This document shows, piece by piece, positions 1 through 8,067 of a stretch of DNA of 55,779 bases. A program made the translations under genes and the position numbers. The notes under the pieces are model-generated. The model was not told the origin of the DNA, did not search any database, and saw nothing but the letters and a program-made list of their open reading frames with translations. Source of the stretch: an uncultured Marinobacter sp. (GTDB lineage Bacteria > Pseudomonadota > Gammaproteobacteria > Pseudomonadales > Oleiphilaceae); assembly GCA_964447555.1 (NCBI GenBank), contig CAYUTG010000001.1:1-55779 (forward strand). The letters are read 5' to 3'. How positions within the stretch are numbered: the first letter of the stretch is position 1; every line of letters starts with the position of its first letter.

Positions 1-265
1 CGGAAATAATCGGCTGAAGTGCCCCCAGCAAGCCCAGAAAAAACAGGAACAGCGGCATCCACAGGCTGCTGCCAATACCCACGGCTGCGAGGTCTTCAGC
101 ACTGGCATGGCCGGCCATAACTGTGTCTATAACACCGTTGGCCATTTGTGCAACCTGGGCAATCAGTACGGGGCCGCCGAGTATCGCAAGAGTGCGCCAT
201 TCGGTCAGCGTGCGTGTGATCAGTGGTTGCTGTACTTCCGGCAAGGGCTGGTGGGTTTCATCCAT
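1..265 (-). CDS. MATE-family multidrug efflux transporter (NorM-like), 5' part; runs off the window edge
   Basis: Not in the ORF track. Manual minus-strand translation from ATG at 265 gives MDETHQP...EWRTLAILGGPVLIAQVAQMANGVIDTVMAGHASAEDLAAVGIGSSLWMPLFLFFLG, the MATE N-terminus (DT-x-M-x-G, LAAV), open to base 1. Confidence 0.85.
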   Translation of the reverse strand, partial: MDETHQPLPEVQQPLITRTLTEWRTLAILGGPVLIAQVAQMANGVIDTVMAGHASAEDLAAVGIGSSLWMPLFLFFLGLLGALQPIIS

Positions 266-446
266 AAGTCTGGCAAGTCCGGCGGTTTCCGAGTGGCGCT
301 TAATGACGCCTGTATTGTTGGCAAGGCAAGCATCTTACCTGATTGAGGCGCATCACGGCATGGGCATTTGTGCGCTCTTCCACCGATGAAAAATTATCGG
401 AAAACCGGTAAAGTACGCGCCTTGATTCAGACAGGTGGCAGGTACG

Positions 447-1319
447 ATGGGATTACTCGTTTTCGTTACGGTTCTCTGGGCGTTTTCGTTCAGCCTGATT
501 GGTGAGTTTCTGGCCGGCCAGGTGGACAGTGATTTCGCGGTACTTACCCGCGTTCTGCTGGGTGCGCTCGTGTTTCTGCCATTTACCCGCTGGCGCGGAG
601 TGCCCTCTGGTATGAAGCTGGGCATTCTGGCGGCCGGTGTACTGCAATTTGGTATTACCTATCTGTGCCTGTACCGGTCATTCAATTACCTGACCGTTCC
701 GGAAGTGCTCCTGTTTACTATCTTCACGCCGCTGTACGTCACCCTGATTGACGATGCCATGTCCCGGCGCTTCTCGCCAGCGGCCCTGGTGGCAGCCGCT
801 ATTGCCACCATGGGGGCGGGTATTATCCGTTACGATGGTTTGAGCGAAGACTTCATTACCGGGTTCCTGCTGTTGCAGGTGGCTAATTTTGCCTTTGCTT
901 CCGGACAGATAGGTTATAAGCATGTGATGCAGCGTTACTCGCTGGATTTACCGGCTTTCAGAACATTTGGCTACTTCTTCTTCGGGGCATTGATTATTGC
1001 CCTTCCATCTTTCCTTATTTTCGGTAACCCGGAGCGCATGCCTGCTACGGCTGTGCAGTGGGGCGTGCTGACCTGGCTGGGACTGGCGGCTTCAGGCCTG
1101 GGTCTGTTCTTGTGGAACCGGGGTGCCTGCAGTGTTGACGCCGGTACACTGGCCATTATGAACAATGCTCTGGTGCCTGCGGGTCTGCTGGTGAATCTGT
1201 TGATCTGGAGCCGCGATGCAGACCTTACCCGCCTGTTCATCGGTGGTGCGGTGATTGCCTTCTCACTCTGGGTTAATGCCCGCTTTCATCCCCGCGCCCG
1301 TCTTCTCCGGGCAGCCTAG
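447..1319 (+). CDS. EamA/DMT-family transporter (YigM/BioP-like)
   Basis: About 10 TM segments. LWAFSFSLIGEFLAGQVDS and PEVLLFTIFTPLYVTL match the YigM-type EamA subfamily. ATG 447 preferred over GTG 435. Confidence 0.85.
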   Translation: MGLLVFVTVLWAFSFSLIGEFLAGQVDSDFAVLTRVLLGALVFLPFTRWRGVPSGMKLGILAAGVLQFGITYLCLYRSFNYLTVPEVLLFTIFTPLYVTLIDDAMSRRFSPAALVAAAIATMGAGIIRYDGLSEDFITGFLLLQVANFAFASGQIGYKHVMQRYSLDLPAFRTFGYFFFGALIIALPSFLIFGNPERMPATAVQWGVLTWLGLAASGLGLFLWNRGACSVDAGTLAIMNNALVPAGLLVNLLIWSRDADLTRLFIGGAVIAFSLWVNARFHPRARLLRAA

Positions 1320-1427
1320 CGGGCCATGGCTGGCATCCCTTCTTCAGGACTGGCAGAATCCCGCCCAATTGCTGTAGCAAAGCTTCGGCAGGTGTTTCTC
1401 CTCAGCTAATACGCACAGGTGGGTATC

Positions 1428-2825
1428 ATGACTCAGTCCAACCTGACTCCGGGAACTGACGCATCAGCTTCCCGTGGTCTGTGGTCATCCCGGATGGCCT
1501 TTATTCTTGCAGCGACCGGCTCAGCAGTGGGTCTTGGCAACGTCTGGAAGTTTCCTTATATCACCGGTGAAAACGGCGGTGGCGCTTTTGTACTGGTTTA
1601 CCTGATCTGTATTGCGATCATTGGTGTGCCTATCATGATGGCGGAAATCTTTATTGGCCGGAATGGTCGTCATGATCCCATCAGCAGCATGCGTCTGGTT
1701 GCTGAGCGCAATCTGAAATCACCCGTATGGCGCGTGTCTGCGGTTGTCGGCATGATCGCCGCTTTTGTTATTCTGTCCTTTTACTCGGTTATTGGTGGCT
1801 GGGCTGCGTCTTACGTCGGCCACGCTGCGGCAGGCGATTTCACCGGTGGTACGGCTGAATCCATTGGCGATCTGTTTGGTGGTCTGGTGTCCAGCCCGGC
1901 TCAGCTGTTGCTCTGGCACAGTGTTTTTATGGTGCTGGTTATTCTGGTGGTTTCCCGCGGGCTGAAGGGTGGGCTCGAGCGTGTGGCAAGCATCCTGATG
2001 CCGGCGCTGTTTGTATTGCTGCTGGTTGCGGTCGGGTATGCTGCCACAACCGGACATTTTGGCCAGGCTGTCAGCTTTCTGTTTACGCCCAACTTCAGTG
2101 CGCTGTCCATTGATGGCGTGCTGATTGCGCTCGGGCATGCCTTCTTCACGCTGAGCCTGGGTATGGCCATTATGATGGCTTACGGGTCATTTCTGAGCCG
2201 GGATGTTCACATTGGCCGGGTGGCTGTCAGTGTTGCGCTTATGGATACCGTGGTTGCCTTGCTGGCGGGGCTGGCCATTTTCCCCGTGGTGTTTGCCAAT
2301 GGCCTGGAGCCTGGTGCAGGCCCCGGCCTGATCTTCCAGACCTTACCACTGGCCTTTGGCAATATGCCGATGGGCAGCCTGTTTGGCACGCTGTTCTTCA
2401 TACTGCTGTTATTTGCTGCCTGGACATCCGGCATCTCGCTGCTGGAGCCGGTGGTTGAGTGGGCGGAAGAGCGCACCAGCCTGGGCCGGGCCGGCAGTGC
2501 GATTCTGGTGGGCGTGCTTTGCTGGGCACTGGGCATTGCGTCTATTCTGTCGCTGAACGCCTGGTCTGATGTCACGCCACTGGGCATGTTTGCGCGCTTT
2601 GAAGGCCAGACCATTTTTGATTTGCTGGATTACTTTACCGCTAACATCATGCTGCCGCTGTCTGGCTTGTTAACCGCACTCTTTGTGGGCTGGTTTGTGG
2701 CGAAAGAGTCGCTGAAAGATGATCTGGCTCTGGAGGGTGGCGCATTCAGCCTCTGGTACAACCTGATCCGCTTTATAACGCCGGTTGCTGTGATTATTGT
2801 CTTTGTTTACAACCTTTTAGGTTAA
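1428..2825 (+). CDS. Sodium-dependent transporter, neurotransmitter:sodium symporter (NSS/SNF) family
   Basis: Signature GSAVGLGNVWKFPY..GENGGGAF and FFTLSLG; about 11-12 TM helices. Confidence 0.95.
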   Translation: MTQSNLTPGTDASASRGLWSSRMAFILAATGSAVGLGNVWKFPYITGENGGGAFVLVYLICIAIIGVPIMMAEIFIGRNGRHDPISSMRLVAERNLKSPVWRVSAVVGMIAAFVILSFYSVIGGWAASYVGHAAAGDFTGGTAESIGDLFGGLVSSPAQLLLWHSVFMVLVILVVSRGLKGGLERVASILMPALFVLLLVAVGYAATTGHFGQAVSFLFTPNFSALSIDGVLIALGHAFFTLSLGMAIMMAYGSFLSRDVHIGRVAVSVALMDTVVALLAGLAIFPVVFANGLEPGAGPGLIFQTLPLAFGNMPMGSLFGTLFFILLLFAAWTSGISLLEPVVEWAEERTSLGRAGSAILVGVLCWALGIASILSLNAWSDVTPLGMFARFEGQTIFDLLDYFTANIMLPLSGLLTALFVGWFVAKESLKDDLALEGGAFSLWYNLIRFITPVAVIIVFVYNLLG

Positions 2826-2831
2826 TGATCA

Positions 2832-2860
2832 GCCCGGCGAACTGTTCGCCGGGCCTTTTT
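2832..2860 (+). terminator. Rho-independent terminator after the NSS transporter
   Basis: Stem GCCCGGCGAA/TTCGCCGGGC with a 3-nt loop, followed by CTTTTT, between convergent genes. Confidence 0.8.
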
Positions 2861-2871
2861 CTCCGGTTCTG

Positions 2872-3456
2872 TTATTCCTCCGTGTCACCCATGACGGCCC
2901 GAAGCGCATCCATGTGAGGGCGCACCGCCCTGATGTCGGCTGGTGGCGCATTGGTGGCACTTTTCATCATGCCCATAGCACCGGACATCATGGCTTTCAT
3001 TTGTGCTTTCTGCTCAGGGGTCATGTCCGGGTTGTTTTCGATGTCTGCCATGGCATCAGCCATGTCCTGCTGCATGTCGGGGTTTTCACCTTTCATCTCA
3101 ATGGCCATCATGGCATGGAAGACCCGGTCTCCCACCAGCGCCCACTTCTCGGGGCTGTCAAAACCATGCTTTTCAACCATATCTTCAAACTGGTCGTATG
3201 CCGGATAGTCTTTCATTTTTTCAACGCCCTCGGAAAACAGCCGGGACATATCAGGCATCGATTCCATATCTTCATCAGTCATGTCAGGCCACTGGTCTGT
3301 GCCTTCGTATTGCTCCTGCAATGCCTGGGCATCCCGCATACTGTCGATAAAGGCACGTATGTTGCTGTCAGACAGGGTTTCCGCCTGCGTGGAAAATGCC
3401 AGCAGAGATAATAGCAGGGCCAGTGCGCTACGGCTGATTGTCTGAGTTGTAAACAT
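2872..3456 (-). CDS. Secreted/periplasmic Met-rich acidic hypothetical protein
   Basis: AAGGAG RBS before ATG 3456; signal peptide ending STQA; 22 Met in about 169 mature residues. Confidence 0.8.
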   Translation of the reverse strand: MFTTQTISRSALALLLSLLAFSTQAETLSDSNIRAFIDSMRDAQALQEQYEGTDQWPDMTDEDMESMPDMSRLFSEGVEKMKDYPAYDQFEDMVEKHGFDSPEKWALVGDRVFHAMMAIEMKGENPDMQQDMADAMADIENNPDMTPEQKAQMKAMMSGAMGMMKSATNAPPADIRAVRPHMDALRAVMGDTEE

Positions 3457-3568
3457 TGAACACTCCTTATCCATTGAATCGGGCGGTATCACCCGGATTC
3501 CGCCACCTCAGACTTCAGACTAGCGGATTGCCCGGCAACGGCAAGGAGTGATTCCCGGTTGATTATTA

Positions 3569-3587
3569 TTAAAAATTAGCTTTTTAA
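3569..3587. promoter_or_regulatory. AT-rich inverted repeat, candidate transcription-factor site in a divergent promoter region
   Basis: TTAAAAA-TTAGC-TTTTTAA, a perfect 7-5-7 palindrome between the Met-rich gene and the leader ORF. Confidence 0.35.
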
Positions 3588-3653
3588 GAGAACGGTGGTT
3601 GTGATAGAACTATAAAGTCCGTTTCGAACCATACGCCCGTTAAAGGCACGCCT

Positions 3654-3980
3654 ATGAGTGAAACACACGTATCAGAAAACGCGAGCCGTCTTGGCCTGAC
3701 GCTGGCGCTGGTATTGGTGTTTCTGGCCTGGAGCATGGCCGGGGTCAATGCTCCGGCACTGGACCATCAGTTCGATGGCCCCGGTTCTTCTCAGGTGGTG
3801 TTACTGGACTCATCCGGCGACTCACCCTCGGCAGATCTTGGCCCGCCGGGCACGGCACTGCCTGTTATTCCGCTGGCCAGCGGGCATCTTGTATTTTCCC
3901 CCAACCTGTTTTTTGTGAAACCTCCGGCCCGCCTGCTGAGTTATCCCAGCTTGCCTCAGGGCCCGCCATCCCTCGTTTGA
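3654..3980 (+). CDS. Small membrane/secreted leader protein ending QGPP-SLV; candidate ribosome-arrest (attenuator) peptide
   Basis: Hydrophobic segment LGLTLALVLVFLAWSMAG, Ser/Pro-rich spacer, C-terminal YPSLPQGPPSLV. The last codons are complementary to the downstream SD. Confidence 0.65.
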   Translation: MSETHVSENASRLGLTLALVLVFLAWSMAGVNAPALDHQFDGPGSSQVVLLDSSGDSPSADLGPPGTALPVIPLASGHLVFSPNLFFVKPPARLLSYPSLPQGPPSLV

Positions 3981-4076
3981 TCGCTGCTGCTTTACAGCAC
4001 ATCAATAACTCCCTTCCGGGTATGTGCTGACGTCATCATCAGATAGTTATTAGTCAGTTATCAAACAGTTACGAGG
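3971..4076 (+). promoter_or_regulatory. Predicted SD-sequestering RNA structure (translational attenuator) for the CBS gene
   Basis: CCTCG-TTTGAT (3971-3981) can pair with ATCAAA (4060-4065) and CGAGG (4072-4076, the SD of ATG 4083). Internal stem CAGCACAT (3995-4002)/ATGTGCTG (4022-4029). Confidence 0.55.
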
Positions 4077-4082
4077 TTTACC

Positions 4083-4682
4083 ATGAACAAACAATTTAAC
4101 ACTCTGCCGGTACGGGATCTGGCACGAACCTACTCTCTGGCCACGGCCCGGCCGGCCTACACTATTGAGAGCAGTGATTCTGCGGTGCACCTGTTAACCG
4201 ATTTTTGCCAGCGCCGGCCCGCTGCGCTCAGTTCGGATATGAATATTACTGAGGCCAGGCTGTGGATGAAAATGGCTGACACGGCGTTTAAACTGGTAGA
4301 AAACACCGCAGGTGAGTGTGTGGGGCTTATTACCATTGAAGACATCAACGGGGAGCAGGCACTCAGCCTTGCGCACCGGCGGGGCATACTGGCCGGAGAA
4401 ATACTGGTCAAGGATATTATGTGCCCGCTCAGTGAGTTGCCGGCCACACACTACCAGGACCTCTGTCACGCAACCGCCGGCGATCTGGTCAGCACGTTCC
4501 AGGCCGTCCATCATGAGTATATTCTGGTGGTGGATGACGACCGGCAGCATGAGGGAGCGCAATACCTGCGGGGTATTGTTGCGGCGGCTCAGCTTGTTGA
4601 GCACCTGCGTGTTCCGATTGATCTCGGCCACCGGGCGTCTTCATTTTCCGACATAGTAAATGTTGTGCAGGGGAACTTTTAA
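4083..4682 (+). CDS. CBS-domain-containing protein (stand-alone CBS pair)
   Basis: CBS-like segments CVGLITIEDI, VKDIMCP and ILVVD...LRGIVAAAQL; GAGG RBS. Confidence 0.8.
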   Translation: MNKQFNTLPVRDLARTYSLATARPAYTIESSDSAVHLLTDFCQRRPAALSSDMNITEARLWMKMADTAFKLVENTAGECVGLITIEDINGEQALSLAHRRGILAGEILVKDIMCPLSELPATHYQDLCHATAGDLVSTFQAVHHEYILVVDDDRQHEGAQYLRGIVAAAQLVEHLRVPIDLGHRASSFSDIVNVVQGNF

Positions 4683-4687
4683 AACCT

Positions 4688-4718
4688 GGCGGGCCGGGGA
4701 GTCAATGCCCGGCCCGCC
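4688..4718. other. Strong GC hairpin between the CBS gene and pycA (stabiliser, processing site or weak terminator)
   Basis: 11-bp perfect stem GGCGGGCCGGG/CCCGGCCCGCC, 9-nt loop, no U-tract on the + strand. Confidence 0.5.
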
Positions 4719-4753
4719 GAACCTAACCAGAGCCAATACCGGAGGTAATATTC

Positions 4754-6175
4754 ATGGCCATAAGGAAGCTACTGATTGCCAATCGGGGTGAGATTGCAGT
4801 CAGAATTGCCCGGGCCTGTCGCGAACTGGGTATACGCTCGGTGGCGATTTATTCAGAAGCCGACGAGTATTCCCTTCATGTCAAAAAGGCAGATGAGTCT
4901 TATCAGATCAGCAAAGACCCTCTGTCTGGTTATCTTAATCCCCACCACATTGTGAACATGGCGGTAGAAACCGGCTGTGATGCCTTGCACCCGGGGTACG
5001 GGTTTTTATCCGAGAATGCCGAACTGGCGGCTATCTGCAAACAGCGGGGCGTTACCTTTGTGGGGCCGTCGGCGGAGGCCATTTCGTCTATGGGCGATAA
5101 AACCCATGCCCGGCAAACGGCCAAGGCTGCCGGTGTACCGGTTACGCCGGGCTCGGAGGGCAATCTGGCCGATGTTGAAGACGCGGTTACCCAGGCCTCG
5201 GGCATTGGCTATCCGGTGATGCTGAAGGCAACCTCCGGTGGTGGTGGCCGTGGTATTCGCCGCTGTGATAACGAAAAAGAACTGCGCCAGAACTATGAGC
5301 GCGTAATTTCCGAGGCCAGTAAGGCCTTTGGCAGCGCCGAAGTATTTCTGGAAAAGTGTGTGATAGACCCACGCCACATTGAAGTGCAGGTTCTGGCAGA
5401 TTCCCACGGCAATGTGGTGCACCTGTATGAACGTGACTGCTCCATTCAGCGCCGTAATCAGAAGCTGATTGAAGTGGCACCGTCGCCTCAGCTTGATGAA
5501 AGCCAGCGGGAGTACATTGGCGAACTGGCCAGGCGCGTTACGAAAGAGTGTGGGTACGAAAATGCCGGCACTGTGGAATTTCTGCTGGATGACGACGGCA
5601 GTTTCTACTTTATGGAGATGAACACCCGGGTGCAGGTGGAGCACACCATTACGGAAGAAATCACCGGCATTGATATTATCAAGGCCCAGATCCGTATTGC
5701 TGCTGGCGAGCCACTGGAGTTCCGGCAGGAAGATATCAGCTACCGGGGGTTTGCCGCACAATTCCGGATTAACGCTGAAGACCCGAAAAACGGCTTTCTG
5801 CCCAGCTTTGGCCGTATCAGCCGTTACTATTCTGCCGGTGGCCCCGGTGTGCGTACCGATGCCAACATGTACACGGGGTACGAAATTCCCCCCTATTACG
5901 ATTCCATGTGTGCCAAGCTGATTGTCTGGGCCATGAGCTGGCCAGAATTGATCGCCCGTTCGCGCCGTGCGCTAAGTGATATGGCCATTTACGGTGTGCA
6001 CACCACAATCCCGTATTATCAGCAGATTCTGGCCAGTGATGAATTTCAGGCCGCTGACTTTAATACCGGTTTTGTTGAGCATAACCCGCAACTGCTGGAG
6101 TACAGCAACAAAACCCGCCCTGAATCCGTCGCCACCGCCATTGCTGCAGCTATTGCCGCCCAGGCTGGCCTGTAA
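4754..6175 (+). CDS. pycA: Biotin carboxylase subunit of a two-subunit pyruvate carboxylase
   Basis: LIANRGEIA, HPGYGFLSEN, KATSGGGGRG, RDCSIQRRNQK, EMNTRVQVEH, YDSMCAKL; directly upstream of a carboxyltransferase-BCCP gene. Confidence 0.88.
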   Translation: MAIRKLLIANRGEIAVRIARACRELGIRSVAIYSEADEYSLHVKKADESYQISKDPLSGYLNPHHIVNMAVETGCDALHPGYGFLSENAELAAICKQRGVTFVGPSAEAISSMGDKTHARQTAKAAGVPVTPGSEGNLADVEDAVTQASGIGYPVMLKATSGGGGRGIRRCDNEKELRQNYERVISEASKAFGSAEVFLEKCVIDPRHIEVQVLADSHGNVVHLYERDCSIQRRNQKLIEVAPSPQLDESQREYIGELARRVTKECGYENAGTVEFLLDDDGSFYFMEMNTRVQVEHTITEEITGIDIIKAQIRIAAGEPLEFRQEDISYRGFAAQFRINAEDPKNGFLPSFGRISRYYSAGGPGVRTDANMYTGYEIPPYYDSMCAKLIVWAMSWPELIARSRRALSDMAIYGVHTTIPYYQQILASDEFQAADFNTGFVEHNPQLLEYSNKTRPESVATAIAAAIAAQAGL

Positions 6176-6198
6176 ACGAATACCGGAGAGACTTCAGA

Positions 6199-7995
6199 AT
6201 GACCAAACGTAAAATACATATTACCGACGTTATCCTGCGAGACGCACACCAGTCGCTGATTGCCACAAGAATGCGCACTGACGACATGCTGCCGGCCTGC
6301 GAATGGCTGGATCAGGCCGGTTACTGGTCTCTTGAGTGCTGGGGCGGTGCCACCTTCGATGCCTGTGTCCGGTTTCTGAAGGAAGACCCATGGGAGCGCC
6401 TGCGCACTCTGCGAAAGGCCCTGCCGAATACCCGCTTACAGATGTTGCTACGGGGGCAGAACCTGCTGGGTTACCGCCATTATGGTGACGATGTTGTGGA
6501 AGGGTTTGTGGCCAAGGCGGCGGAAAACGGCATTGATGTGTTCCGTATCTTCGATGCGCTGAACGATGTCCGCAACCTGGAAACCAGCATTAAGGCCGTA
6601 AAAAAGGCCGGCAAGCACGCCCAAGGCACCCTGTGCTACACCGTGAGCCCGGTACACGACACAGACGCGTATCTTGAACAGGCCAAAGCCATGGCGGATA
6701 TGGGCGCAGACAGCATCGCCATCAAGGACATGGCCGGGTTGCTTACGCCTGCGGTTACCGCTGATCTGGTCGGCAAGCTCAAGCAGAACTTCAAGCTGCC
6801 GGTGTTCCTGCACTCTCATGCGACCTCAGGCATGGCACCCATGTGCCAGTGGGCCGCTATGGAGGCAGGGGTCGATCATATTGATACCGCACTGTCAGCC
6901 TTTGCCGGTGGCACCAGCCACCCGCCAACCGAGTCTCTGGTTGCTGCACTGCACGATGCCGGTTACGAGACCGGTCTGAACCTTGAGCTGCTTGATAAGG
7001 CCACCCGCCACTTCCGGGAAGTGCGCAAGAAGTATCACCAGTTTGAAAGTGCCTATAGCGGCGTGGATACCTCGGTACTGCTGTCTCAGGTGCCCGGTGG
7101 CATGATGTCCAATCTGGCTAACCAGATGAAGGAACAAGGTGCGCTTGATCGCATTCAGGACGTTTTTGAAGAGATTCCCAAGGTACGTAAAGACCTTGGC
7201 TACCCACCATTGGTCACGCCCACCTCACAAATTGTCGGCACTCAGGCCGTGATTAACGTGCTTGGTGGCAAGCGGTACGACACCATTACCAACGAGGTGA
7301 AAAAATACCTGCAGGGCTGGTATGGCAAGGCTCCGGCCGCAGTGGATGCAGAGCTCCAGCGCCGCGCCGTGGGCAACGAAGAACTGATTGAAGAGCGCCC
7401 GGCCAATCTGATTCCACGTGAGCTGGATGAACTGCGTAAAGAAATTGGCAAGCTGGCAGAAAGCGATGAAGACGTACTGACCTACGCCATGTTCCCGGAC
7501 CAGGCCAGAACCTATCTGGAGCAGCGCCGTGATGGCACCCTGGAGCCAGAGGCACTGGAGCCGTTGCCAACAGAAAGAACCGGTGGAAACGTGGCCAGCC
7601 GCTTCAAGGTTACCGTGCATGGCGAAAGCTACGACATTCACCTGACCGGTGCCAACCCGATCAGCGAGACCGAGCGCCGTTTCTACATGACAGTGGACGG
7701 GGTGCCCGAGGAAATCCAGCTGGACTCCCAGCATGATGAAACACAATCCGGTCCGGGGGCAGATCTGGAAGCCGCTACGAAAGAAGGGCACGTTACGACC
7801 AGTATGCCCGGCAATATTGTGGATGTGCTGGTGAAAGAAGGCGATAAAGTTGAGGCTGGTGATCCGGTGCTGATCATCGAAGCCATGAAGATGGAAACTG
7901 AGGTGAAGGCGATCGTTTCTGGTGAAGTGAAGGGCGTGTTTATCACCAAAGGCGACCGGGTGGTGCCGGGAGAAGTTCTGATCAATATCGAGTAA
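6199..7995 (+). CDS. pycB: Pyruvate carboxylase subunit B (carboxyltransferase + biotin carrier; often auto-annotated oadA)
   Basis: LRDAHQSL, WGGATFD, IKDMAG, LVTPTSQIVG and C-terminal EAMKM biotinylation motif. Paired with a BC subunit; no oadB/oadG nearby. Confidence 0.88.
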   Translation: MTKRKIHITDVILRDAHQSLIATRMRTDDMLPACEWLDQAGYWSLECWGGATFDACVRFLKEDPWERLRTLRKALPNTRLQMLLRGQNLLGYRHYGDDVVEGFVAKAAENGIDVFRIFDALNDVRNLETSIKAVKKAGKHAQGTLCYTVSPVHDTDAYLEQAKAMADMGADSIAIKDMAGLLTPAVTADLVGKLKQNFKLPVFLHSHATSGMAPMCQWAAMEAGVDHIDTALSAFAGGTSHPPTESLVAALHDAGYETGLNLELLDKATRHFREVRKKYHQFESAYSGVDTSVLLSQVPGGMMSNLANQMKEQGALDRIQDVFEEIPKVRKDLGYPPLVTPTSQIVGTQAVINVLGGKRYDTITNEVKKYLQGWYGKAPAAVDAELQRRAVGNEELIEERPANLIPRELDELRKEIGKLAESDEDVLTYAMFPDQARTYLEQRRDGTLEPEALEPLPTERTGGNVASRFKVTVHGESYDIHLTGANPISETERRFYMTVDGVPEEIQLDSQHDETQSGPGADLEAATKEGHVTTSMPGNIVDVLVKEGDKVEAGDPVLIIEAMKMETEVKAIVSGEVKGVFITKGDRVVPGEVLINIE

Positions 7996-8018
7996 TCCGC
8001 TCGCCTGGCTCGTTAATA

Positions 8019-8042
8019 ACAGCCCCCGTTACCGGGGGCTGT
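8019..8042. terminator. Hairpin terminator between convergent pycB and gcdH
   Basis: Stem ACAGCCCCCG/CGGGGGCTGT with a 4-nt loop. Confidence 0.65.
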
Positions 8043-8067
8043 ACCTGGAAACGCAATGCGGCCTGCT

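Noticed and set aside
5006-5761. 251-aa antisense ORF inside pycA, and similar antisense ORFs in pycB, the kinases, motB and gdhA
   Set aside because: Typical antisense shadows caused by GC-rich codon bias in well-supported genes.
6199-7995. Calling this the Na+-pumping oxaloacetate decarboxylase alpha subunit (oadA)
   Set aside because: It is paired with a biotin carboxylase gene and no oadB/oadG membrane subunits are adjacent, so pyruvate carboxylase fits better.
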